A DNA stretch of 64,000 nt from Ignavibacteriota bacterium. GTDB lineage: Bacteria; Bacteroidota; Ignavibacteria; Palsa-1295. Below, piece after piece: positions 8,046-16,711 of this stretch. The translations under genes and the position numbers were made by a program. Each line of letters opens with the position of its first letter. Position 1 is the first letter of the stretch. The stretch covers positions 89,321 to 153,320 of the forward strand of contig CAVZOL010000001.1 of assembly GCA_963776895.1 (NCBI GenBank), in the 5' to 3' direction. The notes beneath the pieces are model-generated. The model was not told the DNA's origin. It worked only from the letters and a program-made list of their open reading frames with translations, and ran no database searches.

Positions 8046-10316
8046 TTAGAGTTTTAATGGCCAATCACTTAGCAGTCGTTCAAGTTTTGGCCTATCAATT
8101 AATTCGATCCGTTTGTTCATCGCGTAAGCCTGACTTGGAGGAGAAAAGCGACCTGATGTAACTAAAACTCCTCTTGTAACAGAATGGTCGTTTGTGATAA
8201 CACCCCATAATTCCCTTACCTTATCTTCACCTACGACCCGTTGTGGATAATGCTTGCATTGAATAACGATTATCTCAGTTGCACCAGTTGATGTTTGTCT
8301 GCTTGCTAAAATATCGATACCATGATCATGACTACGTGGTGTTGCCCGAACCCTATACCCCATCCGCTCATACAGACCTTCTATCAAGTCCTCAAACTCT
8401 TTCGGGTCTAAGGCATCTATGTTCTGTGCTTGTCCAGAGTTTACCTTATTTGTCTTTTTTGCCGGTCGCTTCAAGCCAAAAAGGCCAAGCATTTCATCTT
8501 CTGTCAGGCGAGCCTCCAATCCCTCATCACTCAAGTCTCCAATCACACGATCAAATAATGCTTGCTTCTTTTGAAGTATATCCTGAATTTTTTCTTCAAT
8601 TGTATTTCTGATGATGAGGCTACGAACGAACACTGTTGGTTCAGCTTGGCCTACGCGAGCTACACGACCAGTTGCCTGATTAGTTACTGCCGGATTCCAC
8701 CAATGGTCAAAATGAAATACATAATTAGCCCTCGTTAAAGTGAGTCCAACCCCTCCGGCTCGCAATGACATTAGCAGAATTTTGTTTTTCTCATTAGCTT
8801 GGAAATCAGCGATAATTCGATCCCGCTCATTTGATGAGAGTCTTCCGTCAAATACTTGAGGTTTGAAACTATTTAGTCTTGGTTCAATTTTTCTTAACGT
8901 TGCGTTAGGATACTGCGAAAATACAAGAGCTTTATGCTCTTGGTCTGTAACCTCTTTCAAGGCTGTCTCAAGATAATCCAATTTGCTGCTTTCACCGCTA
9001 AGATCGTCAAAATTGCAAATTTTCTTGAGAGAAGTTATCAATTGAAGTACATGGACAAGACTTACTTCGTCTTCAAAATCCTTAAGACGAATAATTCCCT
9101 CTTTTTCCGCCCTTTCATATGCTTCTTGCTGTTTTGGTAGGAGGTCTAAGAAGGTTTCGTCATATTGAATTGCGGGTAAACCTGGAAGACCCTCAGCCTT
9201 TCGACGGAGGAAATAAGGTTCAATTTTGGACATTAAGCCTTTCTCACTTTCAGCATCTTTGCGACTAAGAAGTCCGGGTTTTATAAAGCCGTAAATGCTC
9301 ACAATGTCGCCCAAATGATTCTCAACGGGCGTTCCAGAAAGACCCCACCGAAATTTAGATGTTATCTGGCGACAAGCTTTAGAAACCTCTGCATTGGCAT
9401 TCTTTATCCTCTGAATCTCATCCAAAATTGTTACGTCAAACTTGGTTGTTAACCACGGGTATGTTTCGGCATCTCGACTGAAAGACTCAAAATTTGTTAA
9501 ATACACATGTGCGCGAGTTTCCCAAAATGCTTGGCGGCCAGAGCCAGTACTTCGAATGACAATAGTTCTTAGCTCAGGAGCCCATTTTTGTAAATGATCA
9601 TCCCATGTCGCAATAAGTGACTTTGGGCAAAGTATTAGGGTAGTATTAGCAGAGCCTTGCTGGAATAAAATTTTTAGAGCGACGATTGTTTGAACGGTTT
9701 TCCCAAGCCCCATATCGTCAGCCAGAAGCGCCGCTCCATTCTTAACTAAGAACTCAATTCCATTATACTGCCAAGGTTTTAGCTCATGTGGAAGAAATGG
9801 ATTCTTCTGTGGCCCTCCAAGAAATTTGGGCTGAAGGAGTGGAAAAATCAAATCGAATACATTGAAGGGTATAGCTCGCCCATCCTTCGGTTGAGGACGA
9901 TTAGCCTTAGGCGTAGAGGGAATACTCGCACGAGCCTCGCCACCAGTAGTTTTGTCAAAAATTGCTAAAGGGATCTGCCCGGTCTTAGCGGAATAATTCT
10001 TTCCTTCTAATTCCGGTCGACCAATTGTTAAGTTTATACTTTCTATAGGTGGCGGACACAACACCGAAAGTAGGTCGAGAAAAATGTCTTCTGTTGGCGT
10101 AACCTCATTTAAAAGCTGAATCTCATCTAATAAAAAACATGCGAGCATTGGCAAAGGCTCGGCAAGTGGTAACTGAAGTTTTTCGACTACTATTGAGCTC
10201 GTTCGGGTTAGTTGATTGAGAAGTCCAGCGCTCGAATGGTCCGGCATAGCGATGGCAGAGAGCCTAATCGCTGTATTGTATCGAAAACCTCGAAGAAGGT
10301 AATTAGAAGTTCTCAT
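8046..10316 (-). CDS. SNF2-family helicase fused to a C-terminal Mrr-type (PD-(D/E)xK) restriction endonuclease domain; N-terminal ~190 aa unassigned
   Basis: Helicase motifs LADDMGLGKT (I), ILDEIQRIKN (II), LSGTPVEN (III), QATGRVARVGQ (VI). C-terminus HDHGIDILA...EIIVIQCKHY...VLVTSGRFS is Mrr_cat-like. The ATG at 10314-10316 overlaps the upstream stop by 1 nt (TGATG). Confidence 0.85.
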   Translation of the reverse strand: MRTSNYLLRGFRYNTAIRLSAIAMPDHSSAGLLNQLTRTSSIVVEKLQLPLAEPLPMLACFLLDEIQLLNEVTPTEDIFLDLLSVLCPPPIESINLTIGRPELEGKNYSAKTGQIPLAIFDKTTGGEARASIPSTPKANRPQPKDGRAIPFNVFDLIFPLLQPKFLGGPQKNPFLPHELKPWQYNGIEFLVKNGAALLADDMGLGKTVQTIVALKILFQQGSANTTLILCPKSLIATWDDHLQKWAPELRTIVIRSTGSGRQAFWETRAHVYLTNFESFSRDAETYPWLTTKFDVTILDEIQRIKNANAEVSKACRQITSKFRWGLSGTPVENHLGDIVSIYGFIKPGLLSRKDAESEKGLMSKIEPYFLRRKAEGLPGLPAIQYDETFLDLLPKQQEAYERAEKEGIIRLKDFEDEVSLVHVLQLITSLKKICNFDDLSGESSKLDYLETALKEVTDQEHKALVFSQYPNATLRKIEPRLNSFKPQVFDGRLSSNERDRIIADFQANEKNKILLMSLRAGGVGLTLTRANYVFHFDHWWNPAVTNQATGRVARVGQAEPTVFVRSLIIRNTIEEKIQDILQKKQALFDRVIGDLSDEGLEARLTEDEMLGLFGLKRPAKKTNKVNSGQAQNIDALDPKEFEDLIEGLYERMGYRVRATPRSHDHGIDILASRQTSTGATEIIVIQCKHYPQRVVGEDKVRELWGVITNDHSVTRGVLVTSGRFSPPSQAYAMNKRIELIDRPKLERLLSDWPLKL

Positions 10317-10846
10317 CAACGATATTTCGCATCAGCTTCAGCAAGTGATTTGAGCGCGGTTTGCACACGAGCAAATGGTTCGAGGGGATCGAAGCTGAGG
10401 CTTCGGAGAATTTCCATAGCAATCGGAAGGTCTGGATTATTACCGATTTGAGGCTTTACTACCATTGGCTCATATTCACCGCCCTGACTTTCGAGCTTTT
10501 CTGAGTTGGTTGTCGCATCACCACGCTCAATCACACCGGAAGCTTGCCCAATCCACACCACAGGCTTGTCCAAGTTCCCACGAATCGCTAGCATAAAAGT
10601 TTCCTTTACAAGAATAATTGCGGGCTTGGTCTTGATTTCTCTTAGGAGTGGCCTACCGCATAACTCTACTCCGATGTGAGGTTGAAGCATTCCGCCATAA
10701 AGTTGGCGTTGAATCCCGGTAGGCTTAACACTGTGTGTACAGCGAAACTCTTGCGGAACGCCTGTTGAGTCAGTTACTAAAATAGCTCCTATAAAACCAT
10801 CGGTAGAGGTTTGCTCAAGCGTCAAAAAACCAATATTACATTCCAT
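10316..10846 (-). CDS. Hypothetical 176-aa protein, first gene of the SNF2-Mrr cassette
   Basis: Intact ORF MECNIGFLTLEQTSTDGFIGAILVTD...; I recognise no motif. Its stop overlaps the SNF2-Mrr start, which implies translational coupling. Confidence 0.6.
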   Translation of the reverse strand: MECNIGFLTLEQTSTDGFIGAILVTDSTGVPQEFRCTHSVKPTGIQRQLYGGMLQPHIGVELCGRPLLREIKTKPAIILVKETFMLAIRGNLDKPVVWIGQASGVIERGDATTNSEKLESQGGEYEPMVVKPQIGNNPDLPIAMEILRSLSFDPLEPFARVQTALKSLAEADAKYR

Positions 10847-11027
10847 GAGTACGTAAGTAATTTAAGGGATAATGAATTAGCCTCGAACTTCTGCAACTCT
10901 AAGCAGGTTCCCCCTTCGTCACTCTTCTAAATTCGATATTTCCTAAAGGATCGCCACTGTTAGGTAACTCAAATTCGCCATAGGCACCAATTTCTCAAAG
11001 AAATTTTCATCTATTTTCACGAAAGGC

Positions 11028-11318
11028 TTGCTTTCCTCATTTTTATGTCGTATCTTGTGGTTGCTTTGATGGGCACCTATATCAATTAAGAATTAAAAAG
11101 TAAGAATTAAGAATGGGGGAAATAAGTAAGAAGTGAGAGTTAAGAAGTAAGAAATACGGGGCGTGGAGAGTTCATTGACAATTGATGCGGCGCTGGTTTT
11201 CGGAGTGAACCAGTTCTTTGGGAAAGCAAAATGTGAATAACTTTTGCGACAAATGGCGAAAATGGCTCGGAATCGAGGGTGGGTCGGGAACTCACAAGAA
11301 AGAAAAACGGCACCTATT
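11028..11318 (+). ncRNA. Copy A of a promoter-bearing conserved non-coding element (candidate sRNA/leader-like RNA)
   Basis: TTGCTT, 17 nt, TATCTT, 10 nt, TGATGGGCACC, then heptamer repeats (taagaat, gtaagaa) and a roughly 160-nt core about 90% identical to copy C (58294-58586, minus). The 9-nt GGCACCTAT occurs at both ends (11072 and 11309). No same-strand CDS lies downstream. Confidence 0.45.
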
Positions 11319-11375
11319 GCTGGAAGACAACAAAAGGGGGCAGGCACATCTCCAGCAATGCTGATGAGCTTCAGC

Positions 11376-11583
11376 TTACTTGGCTTCTGCGATGGGTTTT
11401 CCGCTGGGGTATGCAAGCCCCAACTCGAGATAAATATCGGCAAGATTGCGGGTATTATAATCTTTGCGGGAAATTTGCTTGCCGGTGACCGAAGAGGCGG
11501 TTCAGTTCGCGTACTTTTTCTTCTTGCGCACGCTCAAAACCATTGGTTAAGGCGTGCTCCATTTTTTCTTTTAGTGATTCCAT
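11376..11583 (-). pseudogene. Small hypothetical gene (~70 aa) apparently split by a 1-nt indel
   Basis: MESLKEKMEHALTNGFERAQEEKVRELNRLFGH (stops at 11455) continues in another frame as GKQISRKDYNTRNLADIYLELGLAYPSGKPIAEAK*. The junction is at ggtcaccggc. Confidence 0.25.
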
Positions 11584-11656
11584 GTTAGAGAGTCAGGATA
11601 ACGCCGGGAGGCGAGTGTTCGTTCGATTTTAAGAGATGATGCTCGAAATGTTATAA

Positions 11657-13267
11657 CTAAATATCATCGTCATCATCGTCGATCATATCGGTATCTTGTT
11701 CGCTCGGCGGAATATCTTGAGCGCGGCCATCTTTCATCAATCCAAATTTTCGCATTTTGGTGTAGAGGTGAGATCGCTGGATGTCGAGCGCGTCAGCAGT
11801 GCGGCTGATATTCCAATTTTGCTCGCGCAATTTTTCTTCGATGAACGCTTTTTCGGCACGATCTTTAAATTCCTGGAATGTTGGCGCTTGCATGGCCTGA
11901 TCGAGAGGATTTTCCTTTCCGCTCTGGTACACATAAGCTTCCTGATCGGTGCCATCCTGCGAACCATCCATTTTTGAGAATTCGGTATCGATGAGATTGA
12001 TGTTCTTGGCAGGCTCATCTATTGCTTGACCATTTGATGCTGCCTCTTGAGAAATATCTCCATTCGTGGCTTTCGGATGTTGCTCCTGCATAGAAAATGC
12101 AAGGCCAAGATGTTCGACATCCTGCACATGAACGACCTCGTGCGGTACGAGAATAACGATGCGCTCGATGATATTTCGCAGTTCGCGAATATTGCCGGAA
12201 AAGGGTAGCGAGGTAAGCATCCGCATGGCGGCGTCATCGAAACGAATGGGCTTGCGGTTCATCTCGGCTGTGAATTCCTTGCTGAATTCACGGACGAGCA
12301 TGGGAATATCCTCTCTTCGTTCGCTGAGTGGCGGAACGAAAATTGGAATGACGTTCAAGCGATGATATAAATCCTCGCGAAAGCGGCCATAATGAATTTC
12401 CTCCGCTAAATTTTTATTCGTGGCAGCGAGAATTCGGACGTTAACAGGAATCGGACGGCCAGTGGAACTGCCGACACGTTCGAGGCGGCCTTCTTCGATG
12501 ACGCGCAGCATTTTGGCTTGCGCATCGAGTGACATATCGCCGACTTCATCCAAAAAGAGCGTACCGAGATCGGCTTGCTCGAATTTCCCAATCCGCTGTG
12601 AATGCGCGCCGGTGAACGACCCTTTTTCATGGCCGAACAGCTCGCTTTCGATCATATCTTTCGGAATAGCAGCGCAGTTGACCTCGACAAAAGGCTTATC
12701 TGACCGCTTTGAAGCTCGGTGGATAGCGCGAGCGACAAGTTCTTTACCAGAACCATTGGCTCCTGTGACCAGCACTCTGGCATCGGTTGGAGCAACGCGT
12801 TCGATGATGGCTCGGATGTTTCGCATTGCGGTTGAGGTGCCGAGCATGCGCTCTTTGCCTTTGAGCCGCTCGCGCATCTGCCGGTTTTCGCTGACGAGCT
12901 GCTTCTTTTCCGTCGCATTGCGAACGAGGAGGAGCAATCGCTGGCGATCGGGAGGCTTTTCGACAAAATCGAAGGCGCCGCGCTTGGTTGCTTCGACGGC
13001 CGTTTCGATCGTGCCGTGGCCGGAGATCATGATGACAGGTACTTCGGGCCTTATTTCCTTCAGTTTTTCGAGCGTTTCGAGGCCATCCATTCCAGGCATT
13101 TTGACGTCGAGAAGGACACAATCGATTGGTTTATCTGAGTCCTGAGCAAGCTTCAAGCCTTCGATACCGCTTTCGGCGGTCGTGACTTGATGCTGCTCGT
13201 ACTCGAAGATCATCGCGAGCGTATCGCGAATCCCGGCTTCATCATCGACAATAAGTATATGTGCCAT
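11657..13267 (-). CDS. Sigma54-dependent two-component response regulator (NtrC/AtoC family)
   Basis: Receiver domain (ILIVDDE...DVKMPGMDG). AAA+ sigma54-interaction domain (GANGSGKELVARAIH, GSFTGA, RVIEEGRLERVG). C-terminal Fis-type HTH (NISRTADALDIQRSHLYTKM), then an acidic tail DDDDDDI. Confidence 0.9.
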   Translation of the reverse strand: MAHILIVDDEAGIRDTLAMIFEYEQHQVTTAESGIEGLKLAQDSDKPIDCVLLDVKMPGMDGLETLEKLKEIRPEVPVIMISGHGTIETAVEATKRGAFDFVEKPPDRQRLLLLVRNATEKKQLVSENRQMRERLKGKERMLGTSTAMRNIRAIIERVAPTDARVLVTGANGSGKELVARAIHRASKRSDKPFVEVNCAAIPKDMIESELFGHEKGSFTGAHSQRIGKFEQADLGTLFLDEVGDMSLDAQAKMLRVIEEGRLERVGSSTGRPIPVNVRILAATNKNLAEEIHYGRFREDLYHRLNVIPIFVPPLSERREDIPMLVREFSKEFTAEMNRKPIRFDDAAMRMLTSLPFSGNIRELRNIIERIVILVPHEVVHVQDVEHLGLAFSMQEQHPKATNGDISQEAASNGQAIDEPAKNINLIDTEFSKMDGSQDGTDQEAYVYQSGKENPLDQAMQAPTFQEFKDRAEKAFIEEKLREQNWNISRTADALDIQRSHLYTKMRKFGLMKDGRAQDIPPSEQDTDMIDDDDDDI

Positions 13268-13408
13268 CTAAGAACGCACCTGTGGTGTGCAAATGTACTA
13301 ATTCGTGAACAGTCAGGAAGGTTCACGGTAATAACATGCCAGATAGAACCTTGTACAATCGCAAGGTCTCTTGGCATAAGATGGCACGACGGAAAGAAGG
13401 AGCGCCGG

Positions 13409-13786
13409 TTATTCGCTTACCAGCGCGAGGATATTTCCATCGGGGTCTTTGAACCACGCGGCTTTCATATTTCCTTCGCCGTGAATATCGCCATTTCGTG
13501 TCATTCCCGGCATGTCGTAATGCTCGAAAGTAACGCCTTTCGCTTTGAGCGATTGCACGGTCTTTTCGAGTTCGTTACCGACCTTAATGGTCAGTGCAGT
13601 AGCCTGATTCGTTCCGGCGAATTGCGAGCGATACACAAAGATGGTCGAGTTCCCGCTTTGGAAGCTGACACCTTCCTCGCCACCCTTATCGACTTTTTTC
13701 CAGCCGAGCGTTCCTTCATAGAATTTCCCGGCGGCATCAACATCTTTCACTGCAATGGTTGCAATAGCATCTTTATTTCCTAACAT
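13409..13786 (-). CDS. VOC (glyoxalase/bleomycin-resistance) family protein
   Basis: 125 aa. IAVKDVDAAGKFYEGTLGW...AAWFKDPDGNILAL is the typical VOC pattern. Confidence 0.75.
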   Translation of the reverse strand: MLGNKDAIATIAVKDVDAAGKFYEGTLGWKKVDKGGEEGVSFQSGNSTIFVYRSQFAGTNQATALTIKVGNELEKTVQSLKAKGVTFEHYDMPGMTRNGDIHGEGNMKAAWFKDPDGNILALVSE

Positions 13787-13816
13787 ATTTTTCCTCCTGT
13801 TACCAATGTGAGATTT

Positions 13817-14245
13817 TTATTTTTTTGGATAGGTATAGTTCACCATCCATTGAACGTCAAATTTATCGGTGAGCATCCCCCAGTATGCACCCCAGGGAGC
13901 ATCCGCGATCGGCGCGCCAATCTTTCCACCGGCAGAGAGAGCATTGAAAAGCTTGTCCGCTTCTTCTTTGCTATCAGCTTCGAGCGAAAGTGTGAGATTA
14001 TTTCCCAGCCTCAGTGTGTGCCCTTGCGACTCCAGCATGTCGGTCGCCATCATCGTATTTCCGCCGATAGGCAGCGCGATGTGCATAATCTTCGTGGCTT
14101 CAACAGGAGACATTTTATCGGCAATTCCAGGAAGGTCTTTGAATCGCATGATGGTCGAGAAATCACCACCGAATACAGATTTGTAGAAGTTGAACGCTTC
14201 TTCGGTGTTGCCCTGATAGTTAATATATGGATTGAGTTTTGCCAT
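13817..14245 (-). CDS. PhnB/YjdN-like VOC-fold protein
   Basis: 142 aa. PYINYQGNTEEAFNFYKSVFGG...HIALPIGG...WGAYWGMLTDKFDVQWMVN is the PhnB-like signature. Confidence 0.7.
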   Translation of the reverse strand: MAKLNPYINYQGNTEEAFNFYKSVFGGDFSTIMRFKDLPGIADKMSPVEATKIMHIALPIGGNTMMATDMLESQGHTLRLGNNLTLSLEADSKEEADKLFNALSAGGKIGAPIADAPWGAYWGMLTDKFDVQWMVNYTYPKK

Positions 14246-14294
14246 GGTTATTGTAATGAGTTAATTAATGGAAAGTCCGATAATCATTCTATGA

Positions 14295-15158
14295 TTATCC
14301 TTGATTATATGCTTGTTCTAAACCAGCAATGTCGAGTTTATTCATTTTCAGCATCGCATTCATAACTTGCCCAGCTTTCTTGCGGTCTTTGTCGCCTAAT
14401 AGTCTGCCGAGCGCGGTGGGAACGATCTGCCACGAAACACCGAATTTATCTTGCAGCCAGCCACAGCGGTCGGTGCGGCCGCCTTCGGAAAGTTTGTCCC
14501 AAAAGTTATCGACCTCCGCTTGCGAATCGCAATTTACGAACATGGAAATTCCGGGCGTGAAAGGATAATCCATTGGAGTTCCGCTATCCATTGCGACGAA
14601 GGGTTGTCCATTGAGTGAGAAGGTTAAAAATTTTATTTGGCCTTCAGGTCCGGTTTCGCCAGGCTCATAACGAGCGATAAAAGCAACGCTCGAATTTGGA
14701 AAATGTGAGGTATAGAATGTTATCGCTTCTTCTGCTTTTCCTTGCTGTGCTCCGCAAAAAAGGAAAGAAGGGGTGACCAGGCTCGGCTCTTTAGAAAGCG
14801 AAAGCTGCCAATTCACGCCAAATTTATCTTCGATCCATCCATATTTTTCGTTCCATGGATATTTTTGTAGTTCCATACGAACCGTGCCGCCATCCGAAAG
14901 CTTCTTCCACGCATCATCTATTTCTGATTCCGTCTGGAAGTAAGCCGTAAAGGAAATTGCAAGCGTTGGATGATATTGTGGACCGCCATTGAATAAAATA
15001 AACTCACTGCCGGCAAGATCGACCGTTACACCCATTGGCTTTCCGCCGGGGCCGGGCATTGTGCTGAGTGTTTTCGAATTCTTGAAAACGGAGGTATAGA
15101 GATTGGCAGCTTCCTCAGCCTGATCGTTAAACCAGATGAATGTTTGAATTTTTTGCAT
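14295..15158 (-). CDS. Tandem double-domain protein of the PF06983-type (3-demethylubiquinone-9 3-methyltransferase-domain / VOC-like) family
   Basis: Two internal repeats, each ending ...GWxxDKFGVxWQ. Start chosen at MQKIQTFIWFNDQAEEAANLY by analogy with the neighbouring paralog. Confidence 0.7.
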   Translation of the reverse strand: MQKIQTFIWFNDQAEEAANLYTSVFKNSKTLSTMPGPGGKPMGVTVDLAGSEFILFNGGPQYHPTLAISFTAYFQTESEIDDAWKKLSDGGTVRMELQKYPWNEKYGWIEDKFGVNWQLSLSKEPSLVTPSFLFCGAQQGKAEEAITFYTSHFPNSSVAFIARYEPGETGPEGQIKFLTFSLNGQPFVAMDSGTPMDYPFTPGISMFVNCDSQAEVDNFWDKLSEGGRTDRCGWLQDKFGVSWQIVPTALGRLLGDKDRKKAGQVMNAMLKMNKLDIAGLEQAYNQG

Positions 15159-15211
15159 ACGTTTTATTTGTATTTTAGATAATTTGTCGGTCAAGGTGAA
15201 AAGATAATATC

Positions 15212-15700
15212 TCAGCCATTATTGAATGCATTTTCGAGTGCCTTGATATCGAGCTTTTTCATTCCAAGCATCGCTTTCATGACCCGCCCGGCTTTTACGG
15301 AGTCCTTATCACGCTGCATCTCGAGAAGCTGTTTCGGCGTGACCTGCCACGACACGCCGAACTTATCCTTGAGCCATCCACATTGGCTCTCCTCACCGCC
15401 GTTTGCAGTAAGGCCATACCAGTAATGGTCGATCTCCTCCTGCGTGCTGCACTCGATCATGAGTGAGACCGATTCATTGAACTTGAATATCGGCCCTCCG
15501 TTGAGGGCCGAGAACCGTTCCCCATCAAGCTCGAATTCGACGAAGAGTACGCTGCCTTCTGGCTGGCCGGACGCCTGTGCGGCTGCCGCATCGGTCAGGA
15601 GCACGCTCGTTATCTTCGAATTCTTGAAGAGGCTGACGTAAAAGTTTGCAGCCTCTTCAGCTTGTGTGTCTAACCACAGACATGGTGTGATTTTTTGCAT
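15212..15700 (-). CDS. PF06983-type VOC-like protein (single domain paralog)
   Basis: MQKITPCLWLDTQAEEAANFYVSLFKNSKI...CGWLKDKFGVSWQV. Confidence 0.7.
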   Translation of the reverse strand: MQKITPCLWLDTQAEEAANFYVSLFKNSKITSVLLTDAAAAQASGQPEGSVLFVEFELDGERFSALNGGPIFKFNESVSLMIECSTQEEIDHYWYGLTANGGEESQCGWLKDKFGVSWQVTPKQLLEMQRDKDSVKAGRVMKAMLGMKKLDIKALENAFNNG

Positions 15701-15712
15701 CGCCTTTTTTGG

Positions 15713-16108
15713 TTACCCCATTGGGTTTGGCTGCAACATGCTGACGCGGTTGCCTTCCGTATCGAGGAAGGATACCCACAATCCTACGCCTGGAATTGGC
15801 ATCGGCTCGCCGATGATCTTTCCACCTGCGGCTGTAACCTTTTTAATATGATCATGCAGATCATCCACCGCGATCACGACCGATGGAGCGTTGGAAACGG
15901 GGTCTTCCGTGCGCGGGTAAAAACCTCCGTTGATCGCACCCGGATCCTTCGGGCGTCCGTTTGCATCAGCCTCGGTGGTCGTTGCCAGCACGTAATTGCC
16001 CATCTCTGCGCCTAACTGCTGTGTTTGCCAGCCGAATGTGTTCGAATAAAAATCGCTCATGCGTTTGGTATCTTTTGCCGGCATTTCGAAATGTACTACT
16101 GAGTTCAT
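15713..16108 (-). CDS. VOC (glyoxalase) family protein
   Basis: 131 aa. VVHFEMPAKDTKRMSDFYSNTFGW...GLWVSFLDTEGNRVSMLQ. Confidence 0.7.
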   Translation of the reverse strand: MNSVVHFEMPAKDTKRMSDFYSNTFGWQTQQLGAEMGNYVLATTTEADANGRPKDPGAINGGFYPRTEDPVSNAPSVVIAVDDLHDHIKKVTAAGGKIIGEPMPIPGVGLWVSFLDTEGNRVSMLQPNPMG

Positions 16109-16154
16109 TGTGTTTCTCCTTGAGTAAAATGAAGTTGTTTTTAAAAAATGCGGC

Positions 16155-16619
16155 TTATTTCTTTCTTGTGAATGTCACACTTAAGTCCGTTTCCCACGTT
16201 GAGCCATCGCGCGACAACTCGCCATGCCAAGCGATGGTATTGCCATCATCGCTGAACGAGCCAGTCATACGCTGTGAAAAATCGAGCGATTCTCGCCACA
16301 TCTTCCAAACGCCGCGCGCTAAATTCATCTGATATATTCTGGCAATACCCCGCTCATCTGTGTAAAGCATGGAACATGGTTCGACCGCGTCATCATGGCC
16401 GATGATACTGAAACCGGTGGGAATTCCCTGACCGGGATTCCAAACAAAATGCCAGACCAGCAGCGCGCCTTCCCTCAGCCATTCGAAAGACGAATGCCCA
16501 TGCAGAGTGGATGGAAGAGCGGGGTGGGTTCCCACCATAGTCCACTCACCAACCAAGACATCAAACTGTTTGAGAGTGCGAGCCGGTTGTGGCGTCTGTC
16601 GTTCGGAATCTTTAATCAT
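16155..16619 (-). CDS. Hypothetical small beta-rich protein (DUF1579/lipocalin-like suspected)
   Basis: Intact ORF in operon context. Start at MIKDSERQ is a guess. The family assignment is weak. Confidence 0.4.
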   Translation of the reverse strand: MIKDSERQTPQPARTLKQFDVLVGEWTMVGTHPALPSTLHGHSSFEWLREGALLVWHFVWNPGQGIPTGFSIIGHDDAVEPCSMLYTDERGIARIYQMNLARGVWKMWRESLDFSQRMTGSFSDDGNTIAWHGELSRDGSTWETDLSVTFTRKK

Positions 16620-16711
16620 CTTTATTTTCCTTTTATTATTGATTGCTGAGTTACGATGCAAACGAGTTCAAAAAAAAATCATTAGCATCATCATGCTTTC
16701 CTTCGCTATTC

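Noticed and set aside
11067-11085. The TGATGGGCACC box read as a sigma54 (-24 GG / -12 GC) promoter, prompted by the adjacent NtrC-type activator.
   Set aside because: - The -12 TTGC element is absent or mis-spaced in copies A and C, and only approximate in copy B.
- The box sits at a fixed 10-11 nt after a good sigma70 -10 hexamer, so it is more likely a transcribed 5' element.
11072-11317. The 9-nt GGCACCTAT direct repeats as a target-site duplication that would prove a MITE insertion.
   Set aside because: - No terminal inverted repeats sit inside the duplication.
- Conservation between copies extends upstream through the promoter, beyond the left repeat.
- Mobility remains possible but is not demonstrated, so it is kept only as an alternative in the finding.
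11093-11443. ORFs running through the repeat elements (11093-11443 minus, 58328-58513 plus, 58122-58379 minus, 43227-43454 plus) as possible protein genes.
   Set aside because: - Differences between copies A and C are almost all non-synonymous in the shared frame.
- The sequences are low-complexity heptamer translations (SYFLTLTSYL...).
- No start context is conserved.
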